Shown in pieces: positions 48,103 to 58,966 of a DNA stretch of 59,101 nucleotides. The notes under the pieces were generated by a model. The model did no database searches. It worked only from the letters and a program-made list of their open reading frames with translations, and was not told the origin of the DNA. This stretch comes from an uncultured bacterium (GTDB lineage Bacteria; Patescibacteriota; Minisyncoccia; Moranbacterales; GWC2-37-73): NCBI GenBank assembly GCA_903885965.1, contig CAISKQ010000057.1:1-59101 (forward strand). Direction: 5' to 3'. Position 1 is the stretch's first letter; every line of letters starts with the position of its first letter. The translations under genes and the position numbers were made by a program.

Positions 48103-51100
48103 ATGAGCGTTGTTTTTATGGTCAATGAAAAGAAAGCCCTGAAAGTGAAGGACTCCTATGGAGCATCTTCATCGCTGAGTCGAAGAAAGTTTTTCAAAAA
48201 GCAATTGGTAGTGTCGCTACCAAACTTAATTGAAGGTCAAATTGATGCGTATCAATGGTTTTTGAAGAAAGGTCTTCGCGAACTGTTCGACGAAATCAAT
48301 CCAATTAATGATTTCACAGGAAAAGATCTTGAACTTTCCCTGACTGACTATTATTTGGATGAGCCGAAAACTTCTGAGCTTACCGCTAAAAGCAAAAACA
48401 TCTCATATGAAGCGCCTCTTCGAGCAAAGGCGCGTTTAGTGATAAAGAAAACCGGAGAAATCAAAGAACAAGAAATTTATCTTGGAGATTTTCCTGTGAT
48501 GACTGAGCGAGGAACTTTTGTGATTAATGGAGTTGAGCGTGTTGTTGTTTCTCAACTTATTCGATCTTCAGGAGTTTTCTTCACGATGGAATATCAGAAA
48601 GGTAAGAAGCTTTTCGGAGCTAAACTTATTCCGAATCGTGGAGCTTGGATTGAAATTGACACAGACTTGACTGGTGTGCTGAATGTCCGCATTGATCGCA
48701 AGCGAAAAATTCCCGTAACTTCATTGTTGCGAGCTTTTGGCATGCAAAAAGATGAAGAAATTTTGGCAGCCTTTGATGGCGCTGATAATGGAGAAGTGAA
48801 TTTCATCAATGAAACATTGGCAAAAGATATTACTAAAAATCAAGGAGAAGGGTATAAAGAAATCTATAAGAGAATTCGTCCAGGAGATTTGGCAACTGAG
48901 GAAAACGCCAAGCAACTTGTTAATGGAATGTTTTTCAATTTCGAAAAATATGATTTTGGTAGCGTTGGACGTTATCGTTTGAATCAACGTTTGATGGTAG
49001 ACCGTGAGGACAACGAAGAAAACAGGGTGCTTTTGATGGAAGACTTGCTTTTGATTATCAAAGAAATTATCCGACTTAATAATGATCCTCAAGCAATGGC
49101 TGATGATATCGATCATCTTGGAAACAGAAGAGTTAGAGGAGTTGGAGAATTAGTTCAAAACAAACTTCGTATTGGTATGTCACGTATGGCTCGAAATATC
49201 AAAGACCGTATGAGTACTTGCGATGTTGAAACTGTGGTTCCTGGACAACTTATCAACTCTCGACCGGTCGCTGCTGCGATTAAAGAATTTTTCTCAAGTT
49301 CGCAGCTTTCTCAATTCATGGATCAGGTGAATCCTTTGGCCGAACTTGAACACAAACGTCGTCTTTCAGCGATGGGACCAGGAGGACTCACGCGAGAACG
49401 AGCTGGGTTTGAAGTTCGAGATGTTCATCATTCTCACTATGGACGAATTTGTCCGATTGAGACGCCTGAAGGTCCAAATATTGGTTTGGTAGGACACATG
49501 GCTTCATATGCCCGAATCAATGATTTCGGATTTTTGGAAACACCCTATATTAAAATTGAAAAAGAAGTTCCTGCAACTTTGGAAGGTCTAGTGAATAGGA
49601 TTTTAAATGAGGACATTGCTGGTGTTGGAAAAGTTTGGGACAAAATTGATGAAACACTTGCCGGCAAGATTATCAAGTCAGGAAAAAAGATTGTTCAAAT
49701 CAAACCACATATTTCAAATGAGATTGAATATGTTAACGCAACTGTTGAAGATCGACAAGTCATTACACATGCACGTGTAGCGACTGATGAAAACCGAAAT
49801 ATTGTTGACAAAATGGTGGAAGCTCGCGTGAAAGGACATCCTGAAATGATTGAGGCTGAAAAAGTTGACCTCATTGATGTTTCTGCCAAGCAATGTATTT
49901 CGATTGCAACATCACTTATCCCATTTTTGGAACATGATGATGCTAACCGAGCTTTGATGGGTTCAAATATGCAACGTCAAGCTGTGCCTTGTATCGTGCC
50001 GCAAGCTCCTTTCGTGGGGACTGGAATCGAAGACAAAGCCGCTGCTGATTCAGGACAAGTTGTGTTGGCTGCCAATGACGGAGAAGTTGTTGAAGTTGAT
50101 GCTGCACATATCGTAGTTAAGGAAGTTGCGCCAGCTGGTGCTAAAAAGGAGAATTTCAAGCGAGAATATCGTTTGCAGAGTTTCGTGAAATCAAATGCGT
50201 TTACCAGCATGAGTCAAATTCCACGTGTGGAAAAAGGTGAAATTGTTAAAAAGGGACAATTGTTGGCTGATGGAGCTGCAACTGAACACGGCGAATTGGC
50301 TTTGGGACAAAATCCACTAGTAGCCTTTATTCCTTGGGATGGATATAACTTTGAAGATGCTATTATTCTTTCAGAAAGATTATTGCGTGAAGATTGGTAT
50401 AGTTCAATTCATATCGAAGATTTTGCGATTGATATTCGCGACACTAAACTCGGAGCCGAAGTTGTGACTCGAGATATTCCAAATATCGGAGAAGAAAGAT
50501 TGAAAAATTTGGATGAAACCGGAATCATTCGTATCGGAGCTGAAATTTCTTCAGGCGACATCTTGGTTGGAAAAATTACTCCGAAAGGAGAAGGAGATTT
50601 GACTCCGGAAGAAAGATTGCTGCGCGCTATCTTTGGTGAAAAATCCAAAGACGTGAAAGACTCTTCGCTTTATTTGCCACATGGTGAACACGGAAAAGTT
50701 GTAGACATTAAAATTCTTTCCAGAGAACAAGGCGACAAGCTTTCAACTGGGGTTATTAAGCAAATTCAAGTTTCAATTGCTCAGCTTCGAAAGGTTTCTG
50801 TTGGAGACAAATTGGCAGGGCGTCATGGAAACAAAGGTGTAATCTCAAGGATTGCGCCAGTTGAAGACATGCCATATCTGCCAGATGGTACGCCGGTGGA
50901 TGTGATTTTAAATCCATTGGGTGTGGCCTCTCGTATGAATATTGGTCAAATTTTGGAAACTCATCTTGGTTGGGCAGCGCTTAAGCTTGGATACAAGGCA
51001 GCAACTCCTGCCCTGGATGGTATGACCGAAGAAGACATTAAAATAGAACTTAAAAAAGCGGGTCTTCCTGAGAGTGGGAAAATTAGATTGATTGATGGAA

Positions 51101-51558
51101 AAACTGGAGAAAGTTTTGATAATGAAACAACTGTTGGTGTGATGTATGTGATGAAGTTGAACCATTTAGTGGAAGACAAGTTGCACATGCGATCAATCGG
51201 ACCGTACTCATTGATTACGCAACAGCCGCTTGGAGGAAAAGCGCAGTTTGGAGGTCAGCGTTTTGGAGAGATGGAAGTGTGGGCGCTAGAAGGATATGGC
51301 GCCGCTTACACCTTGCAAGAAATGCTCACCATCAAATCTGATGATGTACTTGGACGCTCAAAAGCGTATGAATCTATTATTAAAGGAGAAAAAATCAAAA
51401 GCCCAAACATTCCAGCTTCATTCCATGTGCTCGTGAATGAACTTAAAGGACTTTGTTTGGATGTCGAACTTGTTGATTCAAAAATGAAAGAAGATGATGG
51501 TTTGGATGATGAACTCGGTGGCTATGAAAAGACCGAGGAAGATGTTGACCAGCTTTAA
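48103..51558 (+). CDS. rpoB: RNA polymerase beta subunit
   Basis: SQLSQFMDQ, ETPEGPNIG, GDKLAGRHGNKG, GGQRFGEME; start 48103 or 48118. Confidence 0.99.
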   Translation: MSVVFMVNEKKALKVKDSYGASSSLSRRKFFKKQLVVSLPNLIEGQIDAYQWFLKKGLRELFDEINPINDFTGKDLELSLTDYYLDEPKTSELTAKSKNISYEAPLRAKARLVIKKTGEIKEQEIYLGDFPVMTERGTFVINGVERVVVSQLIRSSGVFFTMEYQKGKKLFGAKLIPNRGAWIEIDTDLTGVLNVRIDRKRKIPVTSLLRAFGMQKDEEILAAFDGADNGEVNFINETLAKDITKNQGEGYKEIYKRIRPGDLATEENAKQLVNGMFFNFEKYDFGSVGRYRLNQRLMVDREDNEENRVLLMEDLLLIIKEIIRLNNDPQAMADDIDHLGNRRVRGVGELVQNKLRIGMSRMARNIKDRMSTCDVETVVPGQLINSRPVAAAIKEFFSSSQLSQFMDQVNPLAELEHKRRLSAMGPGGLTRERAGFEVRDVHHSHYGRICPIETPEGPNIGLVGHMASYARINDFGFLETPYIKIEKEVPATLEGLVNRILNEDIAGVGKVWDKIDETLAGKIIKSGKKIVQIKPHISNEIEYVNATVEDRQVITHARVATDENRNIVDKMVEARVKGHPEMIEAEKVDLIDVSAKQCISIATSLIPFLEHDDANRALMGSNMQRQAVPCIVPQAPFVGTGIEDKAAADSGQVVLAANDGEVVEVDAAHIVVKEVAPAGAKKENFKREYRLQSFVKSNAFTSMSQIPRVEKGEIVKKGQLLADGAATEHGELALGQNPLVAFIPWDGYNFEDAIILSERLLREDWYSSIHIEDFAIDIRDTKLGAEVVTRDIPNIGEERLKNLDETGIIRIGAEISSGDILVGKITPKGEGDLTPEERLLRAIFGEKSKDVKDSSLYLPHGEHGKVVDIKILSREQGDKLSTGVIKQIQVSIAQLRKVSVGDKLAGRHGNKGVISRIAPVEDMPYLPDGTPVDVILNPLGVASRMNIGQILETHLGWAALKLGYKAATPALDGMTEEDIKIELKKAGLPESGKIRLIDGKTGESFDNETTVGVMYVMKLNHLVEDKLHMRSIGPYSLITQQPLGGKAQFGGQRFGEMEVWALEGYGAAYTLQEMLTIKSDDVLGRSKAYESIIKGEKIKSPNIPASFHVLVNELKGLCLDVELVDSKMKEDDGLDDELGGYEKTEEDVDQL

Positions 51559-51595
51559 TTTAACTTTCATAACAAGCTTCTTATAAAAAAATTCT

Positions 51596-54500
51596 ATGGA
51601 AAATATTACAAAAGTGAGTGATTTCAATAGTGTTCGTCTGCGACTTGCAAGTCCAGATTCCATTATGAATTGGTCTCATGGTGAAGTTACCAAACCAGAA
51701 ACTATCAACTATCGAACTCAACGTTATGAAAAAGACGGTTTGTTTTGTGAAAAGATTTTTGGACCTTCAAAGGATTGGGAATGTTATTGTGGAAAATACA
51801 AACGTATTCGATATAAGGGAATAGTTTGCGACAAATGTGGCGTGGAAGTTACTCGCTCAATTGTCAGAAGAGAACGCATGGGCCATATCAAACTGGCTGT
51901 GCCCGTTTCACATATTTGGTTTTTGCGCGGCGTGCCTTCAAAGATTGGTCTAGCGCTTGGAGTTGGCGTGCAAGATATGGAAAAGGTTATCTATTTTTCT
52001 GCTTACATTGTCAAAGATGTTAATGAAGAAGTTCGAGATCGAGTGCTTGATCAACTTGATCAAGAATACAAAGCCAAGCAAAAAGAAATCAAATCCGGCA
52101 GCACTGAAAATGATCGCGGAGTTGAAAAAATGTTAGATGAGCTCAAGGATCAATATAAGGGGGTTAAAGATGATTTGAAAAATCTTAAACCGATGCAGAT
52201 TCTTTCTGAATTGGAATATTTCAATCTCTCAACTCGTTATGGTCAAGTTTTTTCAGCTGGAATCGGAGCTGAAGCAGTTCGCAATGTTCTTGAAAATATG
52301 GACATTGAGAACATGATTAAAAAAATCAAGAAAGAACTCGAGAGCGAAGATACAACCGACAAAAAGAAATTATTCAAGCGAATGAAACTTTTTCAAGGAT
52401 TCAAGAAGGCTAAACTTCAGCTTGAATGGATGCTGCCTACTGCTATTCCAGTTATTCCACCTGATCTTCGCCCGATGGTTGCACTTGATGGAGGACGCTT
52501 TGCAACTTCAGATTTGAACGATCTTTATCGTCGTATCATTAACCGAAACAATCGTTTGCGAAAATTGATTGACCTTGGTGCTCCTGAGGTTATCACGCGA
52601 AATGAAAAGCGTATGTTGCAAGAGGCAGTTGATGCTTTGTTTGACAATAGTGCTCGCAAAGGACAGTCATCTGTAGCTGCTTCAACCGGACAACGAAGGC
52701 CACTTCGTTCATTGGCTGATGCGCTTAAAGGAAAGCAAGGACGTTTCCGACAGAATTTGTTGGGAAAACGTGTGGATTATTCAGGGCGATCTGTAATTGT
52801 GGTTGGACCGCAACTTAAACTTCACCAAGCGGGGCTTCCAAAGAAAATGGCGCTAGAACTTTTCAAACCGTTTATCATCAATAAGTTGATTGAAAAAGAA
52901 TATGCTCACAATGTGCGAACTGCTGGTCGAATGGTTGACGCTGAAGCAACTGAAGCCTATGAAATTTTGGACGAAATCATCGAACATCACTTCGTGCTTT
53001 TGAATCGCGCGCCGACTCTTCATCGTTTATCTATTCAAGCTTTCCAACCCGTGTTGATTGAAGGAAAAGCTATTCAAGTTCATCCGATGGTTTGCGCCGC
53101 TTTTAACGCTGATTTCGATGGAGACCAGATGGCCGTACATGTGCCACTAACTGATCAAGCTCGGCAGGAAAGTGCAAATATTATGCTTTCATCAAAGAAC
53201 TTGCTCAAACCTGCTTCTGGAGCTCCGATTGCGGTTCCTTCTAAGGACATCGTGTTGGGAATTTATTTCATCACTCACATTAAAGCTGGGGTGAAAGGCG
53301 AGGGCAAGATTTTTGCTTCTGATGAAGAAGCACTGTTGGCTTATCAATTGGATCATGTTGCTGTTAATGCAAAAATCAAAGTTGATATCAATGGGATTGT
53401 GGAAACTTCAGTTGGAAGAATCATGCTTAATGATATTTTGCCTGAGGACTTGCGCTTTGTGAATGAAGAGCTGACCAAAAAAGAAGTTGAAGAATTGGTG
53501 GCTCAAATTTTGCGAACCAGGGGACAGGAAGAAACTGCAGCTTTCATTGATCGCATCAAAGCGCTTGGTTTCAAGATGGCCAGCAAGTCCGGAATTAGTT
53601 GGGGCATGGATGACTTGAAAATGCCACCAGAAAAAGCAGCTGCAATGACCAAGGCTGAAGAAGAAGTTTTGGTAATCAATGGACAATATGGCATGGGACT
53701 TTTGACAGAAGAAGAAAGAAAGTATCGTGTGATTGAAATTTGGAACCGGACTAAAAATACTATCGCTGATGCAGTGAAAGCCTCAATGGATAAAGAAGGG
53801 TCTGTATACACCATGGTTCATTCAAAGGCTAGAGGTAGTGAATCAGTAGTTGTGCAGATGATGGGTATGAAGGGACTTGTGGCTGGACCGACTGGAGAAA
53901 CGATTGAATTGCCAGTAAAAAGTTCATTCAAAGAAGGATTTAACGTTTTGGAATATTTCATTTCAACTCATGGAGCTCGAAAAGGTATGGCTGACACCGC
54001 TCTTCGAACAGCTACTGCTGGATATTTGACCAGAAGACTCGTGGATGTTTCACAGGACATTATTGTTCGTGAAGAGAATTGTGGAGACAGCGAAGGAACT
54101 TTCCTTCATCGCCAAGATTCAGATAGAATCGGTCAGAGTTTTGCAGTGCGAGTTGAAGGCCGCGTGGTTGTTGACGACGTGCTTGATCCGAAGACAGGCG
54201 AAGTCTTAGTCAAGGCTGGAACATTAGCAACCAAAGAAGAAGGCATTGCTGTTGAAAAAGCGCAAGTTGAAAAAGTCAAAATTCGCAGCGTGGTGGCTTG
54301 CAAAAGCAAACGCGGAATTTGCAAAACTTGTTATGGAATCGACCTTGGTCGCAGCGAATTGGTGGCAATTGGCCAGGCTGTCGGAGTTGTTGCAGCTCAA
54401 GCTATTGGTGAACCTGGAACGCAGCTAACTATGCGTACTTTCCATACCGGAGGTGTAGCTGGAACTGACATTACCCAAGGTTTGCCTCGTGTGGAAGAAA

Positions 54501-55168
54501 TTTTTGAATGTCGACCTCCAAAGGGTGAAGCTATCATCGCCGAAGTGGATGGAAAATTGATCGACGTTGTCACTGAAAACAAAAAAACAGTGACCTTGAA
54601 AATCGAAACTGCCGAAGGTGAAATCAAGGAATACGCTGTGCCGATTGAATCAACTTTGGTTGTTTCCAAAGGACAACTCATTGGCAAGGGAACACGCTTT
54701 AATGAAGGTCACATCGATTTGAAAAAACTTTTCGAAACCATGGGCCAAGAAGCTTTGCAGCGCTATATCATTGGAGAAATCCAAGAAATTTATGCCGCGC
54801 AAGGTGAAGGTATCAATGATAAGCACGTGGAAGTCATCATTCGTCAAATGCTTTCTCGCTTTAAAGTTTTGGAAGCTGGTGACACTGATTTACTGCCTGG
54901 TGACATTGTGGAGCGCGATCAATTCAATGAATCCAATGAGGAAGTTAAAGCTACCAAGGGCGAGCAAGCCACTGGTGAGCCGCTCGTTATGGGAATCACG
55001 AAAGTTGCGCTTTCAACCGAATCTTTCCTTTCAGCTGCTTCTTTCCAAGAAACTGCTCGTGTTTTGATTAACGCTGCGGTGACTGGCAAAGATGATCGTC
55101 TGCGAGGACTCAAAGAAAACGTGATTATCGGACGCCTCATTCCTGCGGGAACAGGATACCGAAAATAA
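51596..55168 (+). CDS. rpoC: RNA polymerase beta' subunit
   Basis: Zn finger, NADFDGD, GEPGTQLTMRTFH, IPAGTG. Confidence 0.99.
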   Translation: MENITKVSDFNSVRLRLASPDSIMNWSHGEVTKPETINYRTQRYEKDGLFCEKIFGPSKDWECYCGKYKRIRYKGIVCDKCGVEVTRSIVRRERMGHIKLAVPVSHIWFLRGVPSKIGLALGVGVQDMEKVIYFSAYIVKDVNEEVRDRVLDQLDQEYKAKQKEIKSGSTENDRGVEKMLDELKDQYKGVKDDLKNLKPMQILSELEYFNLSTRYGQVFSAGIGAEAVRNVLENMDIENMIKKIKKELESEDTTDKKKLFKRMKLFQGFKKAKLQLEWMLPTAIPVIPPDLRPMVALDGGRFATSDLNDLYRRIINRNNRLRKLIDLGAPEVITRNEKRMLQEAVDALFDNSARKGQSSVAASTGQRRPLRSLADALKGKQGRFRQNLLGKRVDYSGRSVIVVGPQLKLHQAGLPKKMALELFKPFIINKLIEKEYAHNVRTAGRMVDAEATEAYEILDEIIEHHFVLLNRAPTLHRLSIQAFQPVLIEGKAIQVHPMVCAAFNADFDGDQMAVHVPLTDQARQESANIMLSSKNLLKPASGAPIAVPSKDIVLGIYFITHIKAGVKGEGKIFASDEEALLAYQLDHVAVNAKIKVDINGIVETSVGRIMLNDILPEDLRFVNEELTKKEVEELVAQILRTRGQEETAAFIDRIKALGFKMASKSGISWGMDDLKMPPEKAAAMTKAEEEVLVINGQYGMGLLTEEERKYRVIEIWNRTKNTIADAVKASMDKEGSVYTMVHSKARGSESVVVQMMGMKGLVAGPTGETIELPVKSSFKEGFNVLEYFISTHGARKGMADTALRTATAGYLTRRLVDVSQDIIVREENCGDSEGTFLHRQDSDRIGQSFAVRVEGRVVVDDVLDPKTGEVLVKAGTLATKEEGIAVEKAQVEKVKIRSVVACKSKRGICKTCYGIDLGRSELVAIGQAVGVVAAQAIGEPGTQLTMRTFHTGGVAGTDITQGLPRVEEIFECRPPKGEAIIAEVDGKLIDVVTENKKTVTLKIETAEGEIKEYAVPIESTLVVSKGQLIGKGTRFNEGHIDLKKLFETMGQEALQRYIIGEIQEIYAAQGEGINDKHVEVIIRQMLSRFKVLEAGDTDLLPGDIVERDQFNESNEEVKATKGEQATGEPLVMGITKVALSTESFLSAASFQETARVLINAAVTGKDDRLRGLKENVIIGRLIPAGTGYRK

Positions 55169-55549
55169 GCTTTCTCTACGAATTACGAACTAATACGAAT
55201 GTACGAATTTTGGAAAAGACGCATTTGATATTAGATTCTTAATTTAAAATTTATCAGGGTTTATCCCGTGAAATTGTTTTACCTTAGTAAAACACCTGCC
55301 ATAGCAGGATTTCACTGTGGGAGTATGGAACAAGAAACGACTCACTTTGGTGGGGCGTTTTTTGTTGTTTGATATTTTGTTGAGATTTACATATATTATA
55401 AGAATGTTAATATGGAAGGAGAATTGAAATTGATATTAAATTAAAGATAAATAACCTAGCGAGTTATTCTGATAAATAGCAAATATTTTTCTATTTGTAT
55501 AAAATATAAATCAAAAATTATTAACATCAAAAAGGTATTCCAATATGCT

Positions 55550-56226
55550 TTGCTGTTAACCCAATATGCTCTGTTGTTAACCATTGTAGTGTTCTTTAGT
55601 GCACAAATAGAAGAGTCTAGCCTTATTGATTACATACTTAAAAATTACATACATTGCTCCATGCGTTCATCTCTTTTTAATAGGTTATCTTTGACTAGTA
55701 TTTTACCTATTTTGGGCGTTGTTTGTCTGTTTGTTATTAGAATCTTAAAAAGTATTTTTTCAAGAAATCAACAGGAGACTAATTTTGAAAATAGTCTATT
55801 TTATATCTTCGAAGATAGTTTGCTGAAATTTTCATCAGGATTCTTTTTTTGGTCAGCTTTATTTGGCCATTTTCTATGATGTTTGTAAAAAATGATGGAA
55901 CGTGGCTTATTTGGCTGCCTTTTGTCTTTATTTCTGGGTTTGTCTTTGCCACTATTTATTCAATAATAAAAGCGTTTATTTTTAGACGAAAACAAGCATT
56001 ACTCGGAATAGGGCAGAAGACAGCAGCGTGGGATGTTATTTTTATTGTTTTAATTTCAGCTTTCGTGATTGCCCCACAGATCGTTATTGCTGTGATTATA
56101 TTGCAGTCATACGATAGCTGTAAGAAACAGCCCGTGTCTAAACAAAATGTGAGAGTGCAGAATTCAGCAGAAAAAAAAGTAACCGCGTCGTCAGATGTCG
56201 TATCTTTGTCTAGCAATCATAACTAA
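55550..56226 (+). pseudogene. Membrane protein gene split at a T7 tract
   Basis: Two overlapping hydrophobic ORFs without good starts; one extra T at 55844-55850 would fuse them. Confidence 0.45.
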
Positions 56227-56568
56227 AGCAAATCAGCGCCAGACTGTTGCGCTATATTTTGATAAAAATGAATCACAAGAAAAGATTAGCTCATACGCAA
56301 TGCATGGTTCCAACCAAAGACTATCTCTGAATTTTTACGAGCTTGTTTGCTTTTTAGACCATTATGAACGACAGTGAATACTGAGCGATTGGCTATAACT
56401 CCTAGCCAAGAGTGTGTCCTAAAAAGTAAACAAGGGAAGTAAAAATTTCTAACTTAGCTTCCAAGAACCATAAATTGCGTATGACCCAAAAGATTAGCAG
56501 TTTTGGAAATGAAATTAAAAAAAATAAGTGGCGTTACTGCAGTCACAATAAAAACAAAAGATGAAGTG

Positions 56569-56973
56569 TTACAAGATTTTAAGAAACCCAAAATGTTTGA
56601 GGGCTGGGAGAATGTTGGGGGCCAGTTCTTCATGGGCAAGTTTTGCTAGCGGAATCCATTTCCACTTCCTGATGTCAGCACCAGGGGAAATTTCACCAAT
56701 TCTTTTAGCGAGATAGTGTGCCAAAATGACATCGCAGTCGCCGTCTTCATTTTGCTTGAAAGTGTGCATGAGAAAAGGAGTTGAATTCAAAATTTCAATT
56801 TCAATTCCCATTTCTTCTTTGGCTTTTCTTTTGGCAGTTTCAATAAGAGTTGTTTCTTTGTTTTCAACTCTGCCGCCGCAAAATTTCCAGAAAGGCGTGT
56901 CACCGTGCTGGTCTAGTAAAACTTTGTTATCTTCAACAATAACTGGCCCCGAGGCAATGATTATTTTTGGCAT
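56569..56973 (-). CDS. NUDIX hydrolase
   Basis: GGRVENKETTLIETAKRKAKEEMG (Nudix box with RE->RK). Confidence 0.85.
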   Translation of the reverse strand: MPKIIIASGPVIVEDNKVLLDQHGDTPFWKFCGGRVENKETTLIETAKRKAKEEMGIEIEILNSTPFLMHTFKQNEDGDCDVILAHYLAKRIGEISPGADIRKWKWIPLAKLAHEELAPNILPALKHFGFLKIL

Positions 56974-57052
56974 ATAGTTTTCATTTAAACATTTAAGCAT
57001 CTAAACATTCAAAAAATTAGAACACTTAGAACAATTAGAACAATTATAACAG

Positions 57053-58819
57053 CTATAACTTTTTCACTAAATACGTATCCTTCAACTTATACCCAGCTTT
57101 GCGATAATAATTTCGCACGCCGACGCCGGAGATGACGACAATTTTTTTGAGATTATATTCTTCCTTGGCGATGCGCTCAGCTTCAAGCAAAAGTTTTTTT
57201 CCAAGGCCAATATGCTGAGGTGATTTTGAATCTTTCTCATCAATCTGGGTCATTTTACCATAGGTGTGCACTTCGCGGATGATAGCTGCGTTTTGAAGAA
57301 CAGGCAACATTTTATACATTTTGTCATTCCCACGCGAACTTGGAATTCGCAAACGCAAAAGCGCAAACAATTTCTTCTTGTCCGGAGAAACATATTGCAA
57401 AAAGATTTCCTTTCCATTGGAAGCAGCATAATCAATTCTGTCTAAAATAATAGGTTCTTTAATGGTGTAACCTTCGCGAACTTCACGGCAACGAATGCAG
57501 GGACAATTTGAATCAGGAATAATAATCTGACGCAGATTGGAAATTGTCGGACCAGCGATGATGGAAGAAGTTGGCACATCACGGATCAGACGAGCAATGC
57601 GGACATAGGGCACAATGGCTTCGTTCTTGATTTTCAAAACCAATTTTTCAAAAACTTGGTTTGCTAGTGGTTTATAATTTTTTATTTTTTCCAAATCCAT
57701 CTCAGCATCCGTATTACACTTCTTTGCGGTCGCAAACTTTTGAAGTATCGGCAATTTTTGTTTTTTCCAAATTTTGTAGAGCAAGCTGTCTTTCAAAACG
57801 ACGGTTGGATAGATTTTAAGCATGTCGGGTTGAAATTCAGGGCTTTGGAAAAGCCTCCTGAACATCTCAAAATCACGCTTGGGGGTCGATCCTGGCAGGC
57901 CTGGCATCATGTGATAGTTCAGCTTAAAGCCAGCATCCTTGAGCATTTTGGTGGCCCTGATGGTGCTTGCAGTGAGGTGTCCACGTCGGTTTAGCTCCAA
58001 AACATCATCAAAAATGCTTTGCACGCCAAGCTCTACGCGGGTGCAACCAAGTTGACGAAAATTGAGCACCTCTTTTTCGTCGATATAGTCCGGTCTGGTC
58101 TCCAATGTTAGGCCAATAATTCTATGCCCCGCCTTTTCATTTTTCTTTTGCTCATCCAAAAGTTTTTCTTCAGCTAAACTCCTCCCATTAGTAAGGGGGT
58201 GAATGCGAGCGAGCGCAGTATTCACGGAGGGATTTGTGAGTCTTGGTTTATTTTTCGAATCCCCCTTTAATCCCCCTTTTCCAAAGGGGGAAAACTCATT
58301 GCACGCCTGAAAACATCTGGTGATAAATTTTTTTTGATAAGCTTTGGGTAGATAAGAAAATGTTCCGCCCATCACAATGAGTTCAATTTTGTCGGTTTTG
58401 TGACCATTAAGTTCGAGCGAACGCAGACGACTTTGGACTTGAAGATATGGATCAAAATGCGAATCAATGGCGCGCATCACGGCTGGCTCATTGGAGAGAT
58501 AACTTTTCGGCATTTCTTTTTCACTTGGGCAATAAATACATTGTCCAGGACAAGGGTAAGCCTTGGTCAGGACAGCCACCACTGCAACACCAGATTGAGT
58601 TCGAATGCGACGGCTGAGTAAAATTTCTTCAAAAGCCGGACTGGGTTGAATGATTTTTGTCGTGACCAATTCATTGTAGCGATCGCGCAAGTCAGCATTG
58701 GTTGGAATTGGAAGTTTGTATTGCTTGGAAAGTTTTTTCTTCAGTTGCAAAAATTCCTCCTGACTGGCCGGAAGCTGCTCGATTGCTGATTTTAGATATT
58801 GGTCGTAATTTTTTTCCAT
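57053..58819 (-). CDS. elp3: Elp3-family radical SAM/KAT tRNA U34 acetyltransferase
   Basis: CPGQCIYCP, MGGTF, ETRPD, ELGVQS, KIYPT, REVHTYG, QHIGLG, ISGVGVRNYY. Confidence 0.92.
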   Translation of the reverse strand: MEKNYDQYLKSAIEQLPASQEEFLQLKKKLSKQYKLPIPTNADLRDRYNELVTTKIIQPSPAFEEILLSRRIRTQSGVAVVAVLTKAYPCPGQCIYCPSEKEMPKSYLSNEPAVMRAIDSHFDPYLQVQSRLRSLELNGHKTDKIELIVMGGTFSYLPKAYQKKFITRCFQACNEFSPFGKGGLKGDSKNKPRLTNPSVNTALARIHPLTNGRSLAEEKLLDEQKKNEKAGHRIIGLTLETRPDYIDEKEVLNFRQLGCTRVELGVQSIFDDVLELNRRGHLTASTIRATKMLKDAGFKLNYHMMPGLPGSTPKRDFEMFRRLFQSPEFQPDMLKIYPTVVLKDSLLYKIWKKQKLPILQKFATAKKCNTDAEMDLEKIKNYKPLANQVFEKLVLKIKNEAIVPYVRIARLIRDVPTSSIIAGPTISNLRQIIIPDSNCPCIRCREVREGYTIKEPIILDRIDYAASNGKEIFLQYVSPDKKKLFALLRLRIPSSRGNDKMYKMLPVLQNAAIIREVHTYGKMTQIDEKDSKSPQHIGLGKKLLLEAERIAKEEYNLKKIVVISGVGVRNYYRKAGYKLKDTYLVKKL

Positions 58820-58927
58820 ATCTTCAAGCCTAATATACAAAAGGGCAATAAGCAAGGGTTTGAGAATTTAAAATTTTTGGAACTTATGCTTGAAAATAAG
58901 TAAAGCAAAAAACTGTATTTTTTCTTC

Positions 58928-58956
58928 TTGGAGAAATGCGGTTTTTTTGATATAAT
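58928..58956 (+). promoter_or_regulatory. sigma70 promoter directly upstream of the intron 5' end
   Basis: TTGGAG-17-TATAAT with extended TG. Confidence 0.65.
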
Positions 58957-58966
58957 CAAGGAGTAA

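Noticed and set aside
49285-49390. RpoB rifampicin-region differences (PLAELEHK, SAMG)
   Set aside because: The key Q, D, H and S residues are intact; differences look like lineage variation.
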